A stretch of DNA of 40,353 nucleotides from Nemertoderma westbladi (GCA_032718475.1 JAUCBJ010008546.1:1-40353), one strand, 5' to 3'; numbered from the stretch's first letter, positions 1-12,935 are shown. The notes: a model not told the origin generated them from the letters alone. Program-made: numbers and translations.

Positions 1-460
1 TGCTGCTTCTAGTGTTGGTCTTTTTATTAACTCCAGAAAGACCAAAATTCTGACAGTTAACTTTGAAAGTCCTCAGCAAGTCTCTGACCGGATGAGCATA
101 AGCTCAAAGGATGGTATGCTTGAGCATGTGGACGACTTCTGTTACCTGGGATCATGGATCCGGAAGTCAGGTGAGGACCTTCGAATACGTAAGGGAAAGG
201 CATGGGCAGCCTTGAATAGGCTTTCCAGGATTTGGAAGTCACCTAGAATTAATCGGAAACTTAAGGTCCGATTATTTAGAGCAGCAGTAGTTCCAGTACT
301 CCTCTATGGGAGTCCATGCTGGGCTCTAACTGCTGAGGACACCAAATCTCTGGATGGCACATTCACAAGAATGCTACGCCGGGTACATTGTGTCAAGTAC
401 AATGCACACATCTCCAACCAGACACTATATAACATTGGAGGTGTCTCATTGGTTCCCCCA
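1..460 (+). mobile_element. RTE-type non-LTR retrotransposon fragment (RT thumb/C-terminal region); runs off the left edge of the window
   Basis: Frame open from nt 2: AASSVGLFINSRKTKIL...DDFCYLGS...KAWAALNRLSRIWKS...KLKVRLFRAAVVPVLLYGSPCWALT, typical of the post-YADD region of RTE-clade RTs. Closely similar copies at 13210-13566 and 32327-32867. Confidence 0.85.
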
Positions 461-477
461 TAATGAACGTGTTGAGT

Positions 478-535
478 TGATTCACCCCAACTCTTTGCGG
501 TAGGTCTGATTCACCCCAACTCTTTGCGGTAGGTC
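478..535. repeat. Perfect 29-bp tandem duplication
   Basis: TGATTCACCCCAACTCTTTGCGGTAGGTC occurs twice (478-506, 507-535). Confidence 0.9.
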
Positions 536-944
536 TTGCAGCCTTGAGTTTTATAGACCATACTGGTACCATATTACAGTTCTACTGCAGTCCGCCCTAT
601 GCTGTTGATTTGCAATGGTAACGGTAACTAATAGGCAATAAAGGCCATACTCTGCATATTTGATTCTAACCCAAACAGACGATGTTTTCCAAATCTATTT
701 TCTGTTAATGCTAATTTTTATTAATTATATAAATGATATGAAACGGGCTTAGCTATATTAAATTTGTTTTAATGTTGTAACAAGATAGAAACTTGATAGC
801 TAGTTGGGATCGACCTTATTTATTTTACAATTTTCCTTCATGGCAATTTATTATTGTCTGGGGGGCAATTGTACTGTCACGGATGTATGAAGTAATCACT
901 ATTTTGTACCACAGCATTATAATAATTAAGCGTAGCAGCTACCT

Positions 945-1100
945 TCAGTTCAGTTTGTCCAGAATGACAGAGCGTCGGTCTCCCAACATGGGAGGTTGTG
1001 AGTTCGAGCCCAGAATAGGAATAGCCCACTTTTCGGTGTTAACTATAAGGAACTAAAACTGCTCATCCCGCTGTAATGAGGACCTAGTATATCCTGGGGG
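945..1100 (+). mobile_element. tRNA-derived SINE, 5' part (interrupted by the satellite)
   Basis: Degenerate A-box region followed by AGAGCGTCGGTC; B box GAGTTCGAGCC at 1000-1010; SINE-core-like CATCCCGCTGTAATGAGGACCT...CTGGGGGAGTAA. Confidence 0.55.
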
Positions 1101-4100
1101 AGTAATGGTAGAATAATAAGTAATGGTAATGGTAGAATAATAAGTAATGGTAATGGTAGAATAATAAGTAATGGTAGTGGTAGAAGAATAAGTAATGGTA
1201 ATGGTAGAATAATAAGTAATGGTAATGGTAGAATAATAAGTAATGGTAATGGTAGAATAATAAGTAATGGTAGTGGTAGAAGAATAAGTAATGGTAATGG
1301 TAGAATAATACGTAATGGTAATGGTAGAATAAAGTAATGGTAGTGGTAGAATAATAAGTAATGGTAGTGGTAGAATAATAAGTAATGGTAATGGTAGAAT
1401 AATAAGTAATGGTATAATAATAAGTAATGGTAATGGTAGAATAATAAGTAATGGTAATGGTAGAATAATAAGTAATGGTAATGGTAGAATAATACGTAAT
1501 GGTAGTGGTAGAATAATAAGTAATGGTAATGGTAGTGGTAGAATAATAAGTAATGGTAGTGGTAGAATAATAAGTAATGGTAGTGGTAGAATAATAAGTA
1601 CTGGTAATGGTAGAATAATACGTAATGGTAATGGTAGAATAAAGTAATGGTAGTGGTAGAATAATAAGTAATGGTAATGGTAGTGGTAGAATAATAAGTA
1701 ATCGTAATGGTAGAATAATAAGTAATGGTAATGGTAGAATAATAAGTAATGGTAATGGTAGAATAATAAGTAATGGTAGTGGTAGAATAATAAGTAATGG
1801 TATAATAATAAGTAATGGTAATGGTAGAATAATAAGTAATGGTAGTGGTAGAATAATAAGTAATGGTAATGGTAGAATAATAAGTAATGGTAATGGTAGA
1901 ATAATACGTAATGGTAGTGGTAGAATAAAGTAATGGTAGTGGTAGAATAATAAGTAATGGTAATGGTAGAATAATAAGTAATGGTAATGGTAAAATAAAG
2001 TAATGGTAGTGGTAGAATAATAAGTATTGGTAATGGTAGAATAATAATTAATGGTAGTGGTAGAATAATAAGTAATGGTATAATAATAAGTAATGGTAAT
2101 GGTAGAATAATAAGTAATGGTAATGGTAGAATAATAAGTAATCGTAATGGTAGAATAATAAGTAATGGTAATGGTAGAATAATAATTAATGGTAGTGGTA
2201 GAATAATAAGTAATGGTATAATAATAAGTAATGATAATGGTAGAATAATAAGTAATGGTAGTGGTAGAATAATAAGTAATGGTAGTGGTAGAATAATAAG
2301 TAATGGTAATGGTAGAATAATAAGTACTGGTAATGGTAGAATAATACGTAATGGTAGTGGTAGAATAATAAGTAATGGTAATGGTAGAATAATAAGTAAT
2401 GGTAATGGTAAAATAATAAGTAATGGTAATGGTAGAATAATAAGTAATGGTAGAATAATAAGTAATGGTAGTGGTAGAATAATAAGTAATGGTAGTGGTA
2501 GAATAATAAGTAATGGTAATGGTAGAATAATAAGTACTGGTAATGGTAGAATAATACGTAATGGTAGTGGTAGAATAATAAGTAATGGTAATGGTAGTGG
2601 TAGAATAATAATTAATGGTAATGGTAAAATAATAAGTAATGGTAGTGGTAGAATAATAAGTAATGGTAGTGGTAGAATAATAAGTACTGGTAATGGTAGA
2701 ATAATAAGTAATGGTAGTGGTAGAATAATAATTAATGGTAGTGGTAGAATAATAAGTAATGGTATAATAATAAGTAATGGTAATGGTAGAATAATAAGTA
2801 ATGGTAGTGGTAGAATAATAAGTAATCGTAATGGTAGAATAATAAGTAATGGTAGTGGTAGAATAATAAGTAATGGTATAATAATAAGTAATGGTAATGG
2901 TAGAATAAAGTAATGGTAGTAGTAGAATAATACGTAATGGTAATGGTAGAATAAAGTAATGGTAGTGGTAGAATAATAATTAATGGTAGTGGTAGAATAA
3001 TAAGTAATGGTATAATAATAAGTAATGGTAATGGTAGAATAATAAGTAATGGTAGTGGTAGAATAATAAGTAATGGTAGTGGTAGAATAATAAGTAATGG
3101 TAGTGGTAGAATAATAAGTAATGGTAATGGTAGAATAATAAGTACTGGTAATGGTAGAATAATACGTAATGGTAGTGGTAGAATAATAAGTAATGGTAAT
3201 GGTAGAATAATAAGTAATGGTAGTGGTAGAATAATAAGTAATGGTATAATAATAAGTAATGGTAATGGTAGAATAATAAGTAATGGTAATGGTAGAATAA
3301 TAAGTAATGGTAATGGTAGAATAATAAGTAATGGTAATGGTAGAATAATAAGTAATGGTAGTGGTAGAATAATAAGTAATGGTAATGGTAGAATAATAAG
3401 TACTGGTAATGGTAGAATAATACGTAATGGTAGTGGTAGAATAATAAGTAATGGTAATGGTAGTGGTAGAATAATAATTAATGGTAATGGTAAAATAATA
3501 AGTAATGGTAGTGGTAGAATAATAAGTAATGGTAGTGGTAGAATAATAAGTACTGGTAATGGTAGAATAATAAGTAATGGTAGTGGTAGAATAATAATTA
3601 ATGGTAGTGGTAGAATAATAAGTAATGGTATAATAATAAGTAATGGTAATGGTAGAATAATAAGTAATGGTAGTGGTAGAATAATAAGTAATCGTAATGG
3701 TAGAATAATAAGTAATGGTAGTGGTAGAATAATAAGTAATGGTATAATAATAAGTAATGGTAATGGTAGAATAAAGTAATGGTAGTAGTAGAATAATACG
3801 TAATGGTAATGGTAGAATAAAGTAATGGTAGTGGTAGAATAATAATTAATGGTAGTGGTAGAATAATAAGTAATGGTATAATAATAAGTAATGGTAATGG
3901 TAGAATAATAAGTAATGGTAGTGGTAGAATAATAAGTAATCGTAATGGTAGAATAATAAGTAATGGTAGTGGTAGAATAATAATTAATGGTAGTGGTAGA
4001 ATAATAAGTAATGGTAATGGTAGAATAATAAGTAATGGTAGTGGTAGAATAATAAGTAATGGTAATGGTAGAATAATAAGTAATGGTAGTGGTAGAATAA

Positions 4101-6437
4101 TAAGTAATGGTAATGGTAGAATAAAGTAATGGTAGTGGTAGAATAATAAGTAATGGTAATGGTAGAATAAATTAATGGTAGTGGTAGAATAATAAGTAAT
4201 GGTAGTGGTAGAATAATAAGTAATGGTAATGGTAGAATAATAAGTAATGTAGAATAATAAGTAATGTAGAATAATAAGTAATGGTAGTGGTAGAATAATA
4301 AGTAATGGTAATGGTAGAATAAAGTAATGGTAATGGTAGAATAATAAGTAATGGTAGTGGTAGAATAATAAGTAATGGTAATGGTAGAATAATAAGTAAT
4401 GTAGAATAATAAGTAATGGTAGTGGTAGAATAATAAGTAATGGTAGTGGTAGAATAATAAGTAATGGTACTGTTAGAATAATAAGTAAAGGTAGTGGTAG
4501 AATAATAAGTAATGGTAATGGTAGAATAATAAGTAATGGTAATGGTAAAATAATAAGTAATGGTAGTGGTAGAATAATAAGTAATTGTAGAATAATAAGT
4601 AATGGTAGTGGTAGAATAATAAGTAATGGTAGTGGTAGAATAATAAGTAATGGTAATGGTAGAATAATAAGTAATGGTAGTGGTAGAATAATAAGTAATG
4701 GTAGTGGTAGAATAATAAGTAATGGTAGTGGTAGAATAATAAGTAATCGTAATGGTAAAATCATAAGTAATGGTAGTGGTAGAATAATAAGTAATGGTAA
4801 TGGTAGAATAATAAGTAATGGTAATGGTAGAATAATAAGTAATGGTAGTGGTAGAATAATAAGTAATGGTAATGGTAGAATAATAAGTAATGGTAATGGT
4901 AAAATAATAAGTAATGGTAGTGGTAGAATAATAAGTAATGGTAGTGGTAGAATAATAAGTACTGGTAATGGTAGAATAATAAGTAATGGTAATGGTAGAA
5001 TAATAAGTAATGGTAGTGGTAGAATAATAAGTAATGGTAATGGTAGAATAATAAGTAATCGTAATGGTAGAATAATAAGTAAAGGTAGTGGTAGAATGAT
5101 AAGTAATGGTAATGGTAGAATAATAAGTAATGGTAATGGTAGAATAATAAGTAATGGTAGTGGTAGAATAATAAGTAATCGTAATGGTAGAATAATAAGT
5201 AATGGTAATGGTAGAATAATAAGTAATGGTAATGGTAGAATAATAAGTAATGGTAATGGTAGAATAATAAGTAATGGTAATGGTAGAATAATAAGTAATG
5301 GTAGTGGTAGAATAATAAGTAATGGTAATGGTAGAATAATAAGTAATCGTAATGGTAGAATAATAAGTAAAGGTAGTGGTAGAATGATAAGTGATGGTAA
5401 TGGTAGAATAATAAGTAATGGTAATGGTAGAATAATAAGTAATGGTAGTGGTAGAATAATAAGTAATGGTAATGGTAGAATAATAAGTAATGGTAGTGGT
5501 AGAATAATAAGTAATGGTAGTGGTAGAATAATAAGTAATGGTAGTGGTAGAATAATAAGTAATGGTAATGGTAGAATAATAAGTAATGGTAATGGTAGAA
5601 TAATAAGTAATGGTAGTGGTAGAATAATAAGTAATGGTAATGGTAGAATAATAAGTAATCGTAATGGTAGAATAATAAGTAATGGTAGTGGTAGAATAAT
5701 AAGTAATGGTAATGGTAGAATAATAAGTAATGGTAATGGTAGAATAATAAGTAATGGTAGTGGTAGAATAATAAGTAATGGCAATGGTAAAATAATAAGT
5801 AATGGTAGTGGTAGAATAAAAAGTAATGGTAATGGTAAAATAATAAGTAATGGTAGTGGTAGAATAATAAGTAATGGTAATGGTAGAATAATAAGTAATC
5901 GTAATGGTAGAATAATAAGTAATGGTAATGGTAGAATAATAAGTAATGGTAATGGTAGAATAATAAGTAATGGTAATGGTAGAATAATAAGTAATGGTAA
6001 TGGTAGAATAATAAGTAATGGTAATGGTAAAATAATAAGTAATGGTAATGGTAGAATAATAAGTAATGGTAATGGTAGAATAAATTAATGGTAGTGGTAG
6101 AATAATAAGTAATGGTAGTGGTAGAATAATAAGTAATGGTAATGGTAAAATAATAAGTAATGGTAATGGTAGAATAATAAGTAATGGTAATGGTAAAATA
6201 ATAAGTAATGGTAGTGGTAGAATAATAAGTAATGGTAATGGTAGAATAATAAGTAATGGTAATGGTAGAATAAATTAATGGTAGTGGTAGAATAATAAGT
6301 AATGGTACTGTTAGAATAATAAGTAATGGTAGTGGTAGAATAATAAGTAATGGTAATGGTAGAATAATAAGTAATGGTAGTGGTAGAATAATAAGTAATG
6401 GTAATGGTAGAATAATAAGTAATGGTAATGGTAGAAT
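1101..6437. repeat. ~5.3 kb minisatellite/satellite, 24-bp unit AGTAATGGTA(A/G)TGGTAGAATAATA
   Basis: Directly visible tandem array with recurrent variants (AGTACT, ATACGT, AATCGT, short deletions). The ISNGNGRI and LLIILPLP ORFs are by-products of the repeat. Confidence 0.98.
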
Positions 6438-6541
6438 GGCCTTGGGAGTTAGTGTGGTGTCCTTATTCTCTTCGGGTTGCCCTTATTCTCTTCGGGTTGC
6501 CTCCCGGTGTCGTGTTTAACCTTTAGCGATAACTTTACTTT
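6438..6541 (+). mobile_element. Probable 3' part of the SINE that begins at ~945
   Basis: GC-richer segment with a 20-bp duplication (CCTTATTCTCTTCGGGTTGC x2, 6461-6500), ending in an ACTTTACTTT SINE-like tail. Confidence 0.45.
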
Positions 6542-6570
6542 CTACTGCAATCCTTACTTATTTATTTCAG

Positions 6571-6702
6571 GCTTGGTATAAGTGTGAGAACAGAATGACA
6601 GACCGTTTAATGTGGAACAGGAGCACATGGGCTGGTGTTTTATACGATAAAGGCTACATTGATAAGCTCAGATGTATTTACACACCACCTTCCCTGGAGT
6701 AG
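6571..6702 (+). CDS. Putative terminal coding exon of an unidentified upstream gene (AWYKCENRMTDRLMWNRSTWAGVLYDKGYIDKLRCIYTPPSLE*)
   Basis: Strong acceptor CCTTACTTATTTATTTCAG at 6570. Only the phase-0 frame stays open (43 codons) and it has protein-like composition. AT-rich 3' region with AATAAA at ~6748 and ~6785. Protein not recognised. Confidence 0.4.
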   Translation, partial: AWYKCENRMTDRLMWNRSTWAGVLYDKGYIDKLRCIYTPPSLE

Positions 6703-8049
6703 GAAGGATAATCTCAAACTCATTCAAACTACAGTACAACTAATAATAATAAATTGTCAATAATAATTAAGAATTAAGAACTGTAATAAATAATTGTCAT
6801 TACTTGCTATAATGGTTAATATATTGATATATCGTATTAATAAATTAAATTAACAAGTATTTATAATTAATATATTTGTATTTAGTATTTTGAATAGGAA
6901 TAGGAATATATTAATATTAGTAATGTTACTATTAATACTATAGGCCAAATTAATATATTTTATATTGTGTATTGGACTATTGATTGATATTAATATTTAT
7001 TAGGCCTAGTGTACTTTTATTTTGGTGTTGGTGGTGTGACTTGTTCATTGGTGCTCTCTGCTGGAATGATATTATAAAGGTATAGTACATTTTTGAAAAT
7101 TTTATTTTGCTTAAGTAAACTTTGTTGGGAGCTAGCCCAGCCCAGTCCACTACATGCGTGAAAAAAATTTGTCATACACATTCAAGTAGGCCTAATCCAG
7201 TCATTAACAGATTAATTATGTCGGTTTTTTTTGTTGGGGGGTGGGGGGTGGGTGCAGGTACCTGAATAAAGCCATATATTCCGGGACATGGTGTAATTAA
7301 CTATAATTTTATAATCTTAAATAATAAAATAATATTGTTAATTACGATTTATAATTACTTATTGGAAGATGCAAAATCACGAAATTTTCGAACGCCAAAT
7401 ATTGTTATATTAATTATAATATTAATAATAATATTAATATTAATTATAATATTAGTTATAATAATTAAAATGTCTCCTCACAAAGCAACATAATGGCGAA
7501 TAATACAATAATACCGATGCAGCTGAATTTAGTAAATATAGCTCCAGTAATAACACAGCGTAAATATATACGACTTTACAACGCCCATATCTGCTATTTC
7601 TCAACGAAATTACATATTTGGAGTACCTGCAATAACGTTGATGCAATATGGGACGAGACGAGAATGTAGCTAAATAATAATAGGAAAAATAAAAATTTTG
7701 TACTCATCCAGTAAGTGATCGCGAGTTTAAAACATCCCGGTCGAGGGTTTGATAGTGAAACTGGGGGCGTCATAGTCACAATAAAGTTATCTCAACTACG
7801 TTGACGATAACGTATAAAATGGTCTATAATATCACAATCACCCCACCTAGGAGACATATTGTCACCAAGAGTGATAGATCTATTATAATACAGTAATATG
7901 CTCCAGGCTACTGAAATAAGCTGATAAGGGGGCATGTGTCTAGTTTCAATTCTCCAATAAAAACAATAAATATTTATTCGTAAAGGGCGGGAAATTTTAA
8001 ATTTCCAAAATTATTCAAAACGAATGGACTGAATGTCAGAATGTCTGAA

Positions 8050-8625
8050 TGTAGCTGTAGGCCCCCTGGTAGGCATATAGGATAGGCCTGTCCAGTTGTA
8101 GTACTGTAGTATACAGTACAGCAGTAGGCCTATATACTGACAATATACCGCCACCATAACGTACAAACGCACTCTGTCAGTGGTGCAGTTGTATCGATAC
8201 CAGCAGCAGGTAGCGGTAGCCGTGATGGTGCTAGAAATGATTACACTCGAGAACTCAAACTCTACTCAGCTACTACCGGTACCGGTACTGTACTAGACAC
8301 AGCACTTGGCCGTGGGATGGCCGTGGCGCTGCCTGACAAGACAGAAAGAGCGGCTACCCTGGCACTTGGTGATATATAATTGTAGCCTACCTTTTCCGTC
8401 CCGGAATGATTTGCATACCAGACTGCCGGAGTCGTATCAATTTGCATGAATTACTGAATTACGATATGTTAGACCATGACCAGATACATCAGTTTCATTA
8501 GGTACATAGTCTGATAGTATATAAGTGGCACGTTAAACGCTTAGACCTAGACCGTTGTATCCTCCACGTATAGACAGTCACTAACCAGTGACAAAGTCTG
8601 GTTTTAAATTTATTTATTATCGACA
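8050..8625 (+). promoter_or_regulatory. Probable promoter/5' UTR region of the Greatwall kinase gene
   Basis: Locally CpG/GC-richer and rich in TAGGCCTA/CAGTAC/TACTAG words, directly upstream of the ATG at 8626. Inference from position and composition only. Confidence 0.4.
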
Positions 8626-8694
8626 ATGCCGACGTCATTAACGATTAAAGATTTTGTTATACTTGATCCGATAAGCAAGGGAGCCTTCGGCAAG
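8626..8694 (+). CDS. MASTL: Greatwall/MASTL Ser/Thr kinase, first visible coding exon
   Basis: MPTSLTIKDFVILDPISKGAFGK matches the Greatwall N-lobe/Gly-loop (F.I.KPISRGAFGKV). Donor AAG|GTTAGT, phase 0. Confidence 0.88.
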
Positions 8695-8772
8695 GTTAGT
8701 GTCGAATTTCGGTTTATATATTTGATAATTAAACCAATAGGCCTAACTGCCTAAGCATAAATATAATAATAT

Positions 8773-9035
8773 GCAGCAGCTTGGTCTGGTGGTGACATTA
8801 CTGTGCTTCCGATTACGGAACCCGGGTTCAATCCCTAGATGGGGCAGCACTGTTTGGGCACAGTGCTTTAAATGCTGCAGCCTAGCCCAACCCCGGCTTT
8901 CATCCTTCAGTGGTCGTTAAATGGGAACCAAGGCAACTTGGGAAACAGAGTGGAAGGGTCTACTGTAGAAGATCACCCATGGTGGTGAACAGGCATTCCT
9001 TGGCTTAACGAGCCTAAAAGATTCTCCCATTCATA
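8773..9035 (+). mobile_element. tRNA-derived SINE in MASTL intron 1
   Basis: A box TGGTCTGGTGG (8782-8792) and B box GGTTCAATCCC (8825-8835). Central GCTTTCATCCTTCAGTGGTCGTTAAATGGGAACCA resembles conserved Nin/Deu-type SINE cores. Confidence 0.7.
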
Positions 9036-9799
9036 AATATAATAATTAGTACAGTAGTATTGTTATATAGAGCCTACAACAAGGGCCTATTCTTATTGTT
9101 CTATCCGTTAATTAACAATTATTACGATAGGTTGGGTGGGGACTTTCGGCGCAATCAAAACTCACCACTCTCCAGAGAATAATCGACTCAAATAACAACT
9201 CACAGTAACGCCCCCCTTTAAATTTAGTTAATAGTTCACTTGGACCTCTTTGGATCTACTTCACTATTTTTAGGTTTTTCTAAGTGGTTTTTTTTTCTAT
9301 TCATTAGAATTGAGGTCAACCCCGTATTACAGGGTTATATTTAAACAGTGTTGATTCGGCCTTGCGCCTACACTACACAATAAGTTAATTAACATGTAGA
9401 TGAGATTATAGGCCATAAGACATTATCAACCGATTCTTAATTTCCCACCCTTATATTGTGATATTTTATTTGTTAATTTAAGTTTCTGAGTTTAGTATTT
9501 GGTCACCATTGAACTAAAACCAATAAACAATAGGCTATTCCAATAGAGCACCGTCACTAACTCACAAAGAAAGCGCTGTCACCGCCAAGTGTGAATCTGC
9601 GAACATAGCTTTAACCTTTAAAGTATCAAACCACTTAAACCTTTGAGGCATAAAAAAGCAACTAGCGAATTACTTATGGGGTATGTGCAACTTTATAGTG
9701 TGCGTACATGTACATTTCAGTCTTAGAAGTTCAACAATCGATCTCCTTTTATTAACTTTAAGGTTTTTGACTAACAGATTATATCAATTTATATATTAG

Positions 9800-9895
9800 G
9801 TATACCTTGGACGAAAAGTTGCAGATGACAACCGAATTTATGCCATTAAGGTGATGAAGAAAGCCGACATGATCAATAAGAATATGACAAATCAG
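9800..9895 (+). CDS. MASTL: Greatwall/MASTL kinase, second coding exon
   Basis: Acceptor TTAG|; VYLGRKVADDNRIYAIKVMKKADMINKNMTNQ contains the VAIK Lys and the Greatwall KKADMINKNM motif. Donor CAG|GTGACT, phase 0. Confidence 0.92.
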
Positions 9896-9897
9896 GT

Positions 9898-10226
9898 GAC
9901 TACCACGGTTGTAGTAGTAACTACAGTAGTATAGTAGTGTAACTACTGTAATAGTAGTAAAAACTACGGTAATAGTTTTTTTTTTTTTTGAAACCAATCC
10001 TCATTTTATTTACAGTAGTTAAAAAACTTTCAAACGAACAATAGGACATGACATCGATATACACACGGATAAAATAAACCCACCACCAGCTGACTTGCTA
10101 ATAGATAGTTTAAATATATATATTTTATGGTTCCACCTCCACGGTAATAGTAGTAAAAACTACGTAGTAGTAGTAAAACTACGGTAGTAGTAGTAAAAAC
10201 TACAGTAATAGTAGTAGTAAAAACAA
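9898..10226. repeat. Two blocks of degenerate GTAGTAGTAAAAACTAC repeats (~9900-9977 and ~10140-10225)
   Basis: Directly visible simple repeats. Confidence 0.7.
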
Positions 10227-10261
10227 TTTGAATATTTTTATTCACCAAATTGCTCTTTTTA

Positions 10262-10417
10262 TGTCGGTTGTCTACAGACGGTTGTCGGCTGTCAGTTGTC
10301 CACTGTCGGTTGTCGGCTATCGGTTGTCTACTACTGTCGGTTTTCGGCTGTCGGTTCTCTACTGTCGGTTGTGTACTGTTGGTTGTCCACTGTCGGTTGT
10401 CTACTTCGGTTGTCGGC
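10262..10417. repeat. Degenerate TGTCGGT microsatellite-like array, possibly the head of a Helentron-associated (HINE-like) element
   Basis: Repeated TGTCGGT/TGTCTAC units preceded by a T-run. The element assignment is tentative. Confidence 0.6.
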
Positions 10418-10705
10418 GTAACGTTTTACACCCGTGATCTACATACCCAAAGGTACTTACAAAAATGTTTTTGAAAGTTGGCTCTATCACACTACAGGCG
10501 CCTCTTTTTATATGGAAAACATGTAGCATTATTTTACTTGGCTGTCTTGGGTTACTTAATGACTTGGTTATTGGGGTGTTTTTTAGGTACTGACTGGGAT
10601 AATTGTTTGTTTTTTACATTAGGGTGTCAGGCACAAACCATAATATAAAGCAGCAATTTACCCCTAACCCGAAGTCATGAGGCTCTAATTTGATAAATTT
10701 TGTGG

Positions 10706-10762
10706 AATTTCGGACTTTTTGCTATTGACCCGAAGGGCCATCCAATAGTAATGTCCGAAATT
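10706..10762. repeat. Imperfect palindrome/hairpin
   Basis: AATTTCGGAC...CTATTG...CCCGAAGGG...CAATAG...GTCCGAAATT. Confidence 0.7.
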
Positions 10763-11896
10763 ACGGGCAGTTTTTAATTAGTTAATTAAGTTGATTGCGG
10801 GGGGAAAGACATCATTTTCTGCCAGTCATTTATGGAAATTTAAATATTTTCTAGTATAAGAATTAAATAATTATACGTAAATAATTATACAGAGAGAAAG
10901 GAGCCAGACTAATAAGACAGGGTGATTATTTCGCAAAATGATTGGATTGGGTATTTAGGTAAAACTTTAGAACTAGCTAAATTATTTCATTGAGGCGTTG
11001 TCATGGTAAATGAATTTTAATAATATTTCAGTATCAATGCTACATCGGCGTAAGCTGAGTTTTAATAATTCTTACAAATTGGAACGCCTCCACTCCTAAA
11101 ATATCTTACTTTTAAATCACAAATTTTCTGTTAATACCTGCCTGTCATCAATACTCTGTGCTCCTTTTGGATGGGGTGTTGCAGATTAAGAAGGGGGTTG
11201 AAGGGGATGAACTTTCCCCTCGTCTTTGATTTTTGGCGGTTTGTGGTTAAATTTCTTCAATACCTATTTGGTGATATAATCGCTCAATTTTAATTTCTAC
11301 CTTATAACGAAGCCTCGTGCTGCGCGAAGCGCCACCCCACCAACATGTCAGCGTCAGGTCAATACGGAATATTTTTAAATGGATAGACTGCTTTCTCATT
11401 TCTTTCTATTGCTACTATTAATAACTATTATTGATTATTGATTTCCTTAAACAATGTCCTTTGACTTTATATTAATTTAATTTGTAAAGGGTAGGCCTAC
11501 ATATTCCAATAAAGAAGTGTGGCCTTCTCACTGCCCCTGAACACTTGGTTACCCAATCCGCTAAGTAGTTGGTGATGTGTTTCGAGATTCTTTATTTTAG
11601 AGGTCATACAAAGACGCTGCCCTATGGTCTAGTACATATTTATAAGTTTATGTTAATCGCCCTGCATCTGTGTTATATTCTATATTATCAATATCTTAGT
11701 TACGTTAGTTAGTCGAAATTAGGCTGATTACCATGTATTGACCTCCTCGTATCATTGAAGAGTGCAAATGCAGATTATAAAGTTTATATGTAAATCATAC
11801 ATTATGGAACTTTGGTTTTATTTATAGACTCCTAATGTATTGTGGAAGTTCCATTTTATGTAAAAAAAATATGTAAAAAATTTTAAACAGGACTAT

Positions 11897-12138
11897 TATT
11901 CGATAAAAAAAAGTAAGCGGAAAACACCGATTTTTTCACTCATTTTCAATTTAGCGAAATTCAATTATTCTGTCCGAGTGTTTGAGTTTTACACGAGTTG
12001 GCAGGTTTTTAGCACGAGGGAAGCGAGTGTTAAAATGCCCACGAGTGTAAAAGTCAACACACGAGGGCAGAATATCTGAAATTCGCCACAGAAAATGAGT
12101 GGAAAATAGTGTTTTCCGTTACTTTTTTATATTGAATA
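11897..12138. mobile_element. ~240-bp foldback (palindromic) non-autonomous element
   Basis: Left arm TATTCGATAAAAAAAAGTAAGCGGAAAACAC...CACTCATTTTC pairs with right arm GAAAATGAGTGGAAAATAGTGTTTTCCGTTACTTTTTTATATTGAATA. Pairing continues to a centre near CACGAGGGAAGCGAGTG. Confidence 0.7.
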
Positions 12139-12935
12139 TATTGTTTTATTTGAAAAAAATATCACCTGCATTATCAATGTTTACGACGTATAATAATACT
12201 ATATTTTAATTGTGAAGATTAATTTAATTAATTTAATTTAGAAGATTGTGTGAGCTAGCTATACAGTAAGCTACCCGACAAGCCTCGGTCTACATTATAT
12301 AATCATAATGTACCAGGAACTTACTCAATTATAGTTATTGGGGGTAAAAAATAACAGACCGCTTTGTGCGGTATAAAAAAAACACTGTATAACTCAAGTT
12401 CACTTAAACGCGAGAAAGTGATATTACTACCATTTGAAAGAGCGTTTTTTATTGGATTAGTCAGTATCCAATCAAATAAGAAGTCCTACAATAAGAAGTC
12501 GTTAACCAGCTGATTTCAAGTTGTTATTATTTTGGCAGGTGGAGGGTTCCAACCACAGTATTTCCAAACCATGAATTCTATTGGGTGCTTCGAATTCACC
12601 GTAGTGTCTCAATTCCCTTAATACTAAAATGTCAATGCTCTTTCCAACACAAATGGTCTCATTGTATCATACCAACCAGTTCTCTCTGTACAACGTATTT
12701 TTTTTACCCACCTAAAATGGGTGAAAAGGGTGATTCCAGCCGTTTCACATTCTGTTGAACAATACAAGACTGAACTCAGCATAGTGAGGTGGCTAAAAGT
12801 ATAATAATCTATGAATACCTTACGAGGTTACAGGTTTCAAAGGTTGCGTGTGATTGAACACCAAGGCCTTCGCGCAGCACGAGGCTAAGATTAGAAACCA
12901 GTCGCCAGATCCGGTGATCCTGGCAGCCCGGTATG

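Noticed and set aside
3598-6088. 728-aa LLIILPLP and 330-aa ISNGNGRI ORFs
   Set aside because: Stop-free frames of a 24-bp satellite; no unique coding sequence.
1101-6437. Telomere-like or CRISPR-like interpretation of the array
   Set aside because: No unique spacers, no recognisable telomeric unit, and the array is flanked by ordinary genomic sequence.
8773-8845. tRNA gene
   Set aside because: A and B boxes are present, but there is no complete cloverleaf and it continues into a SINE body.
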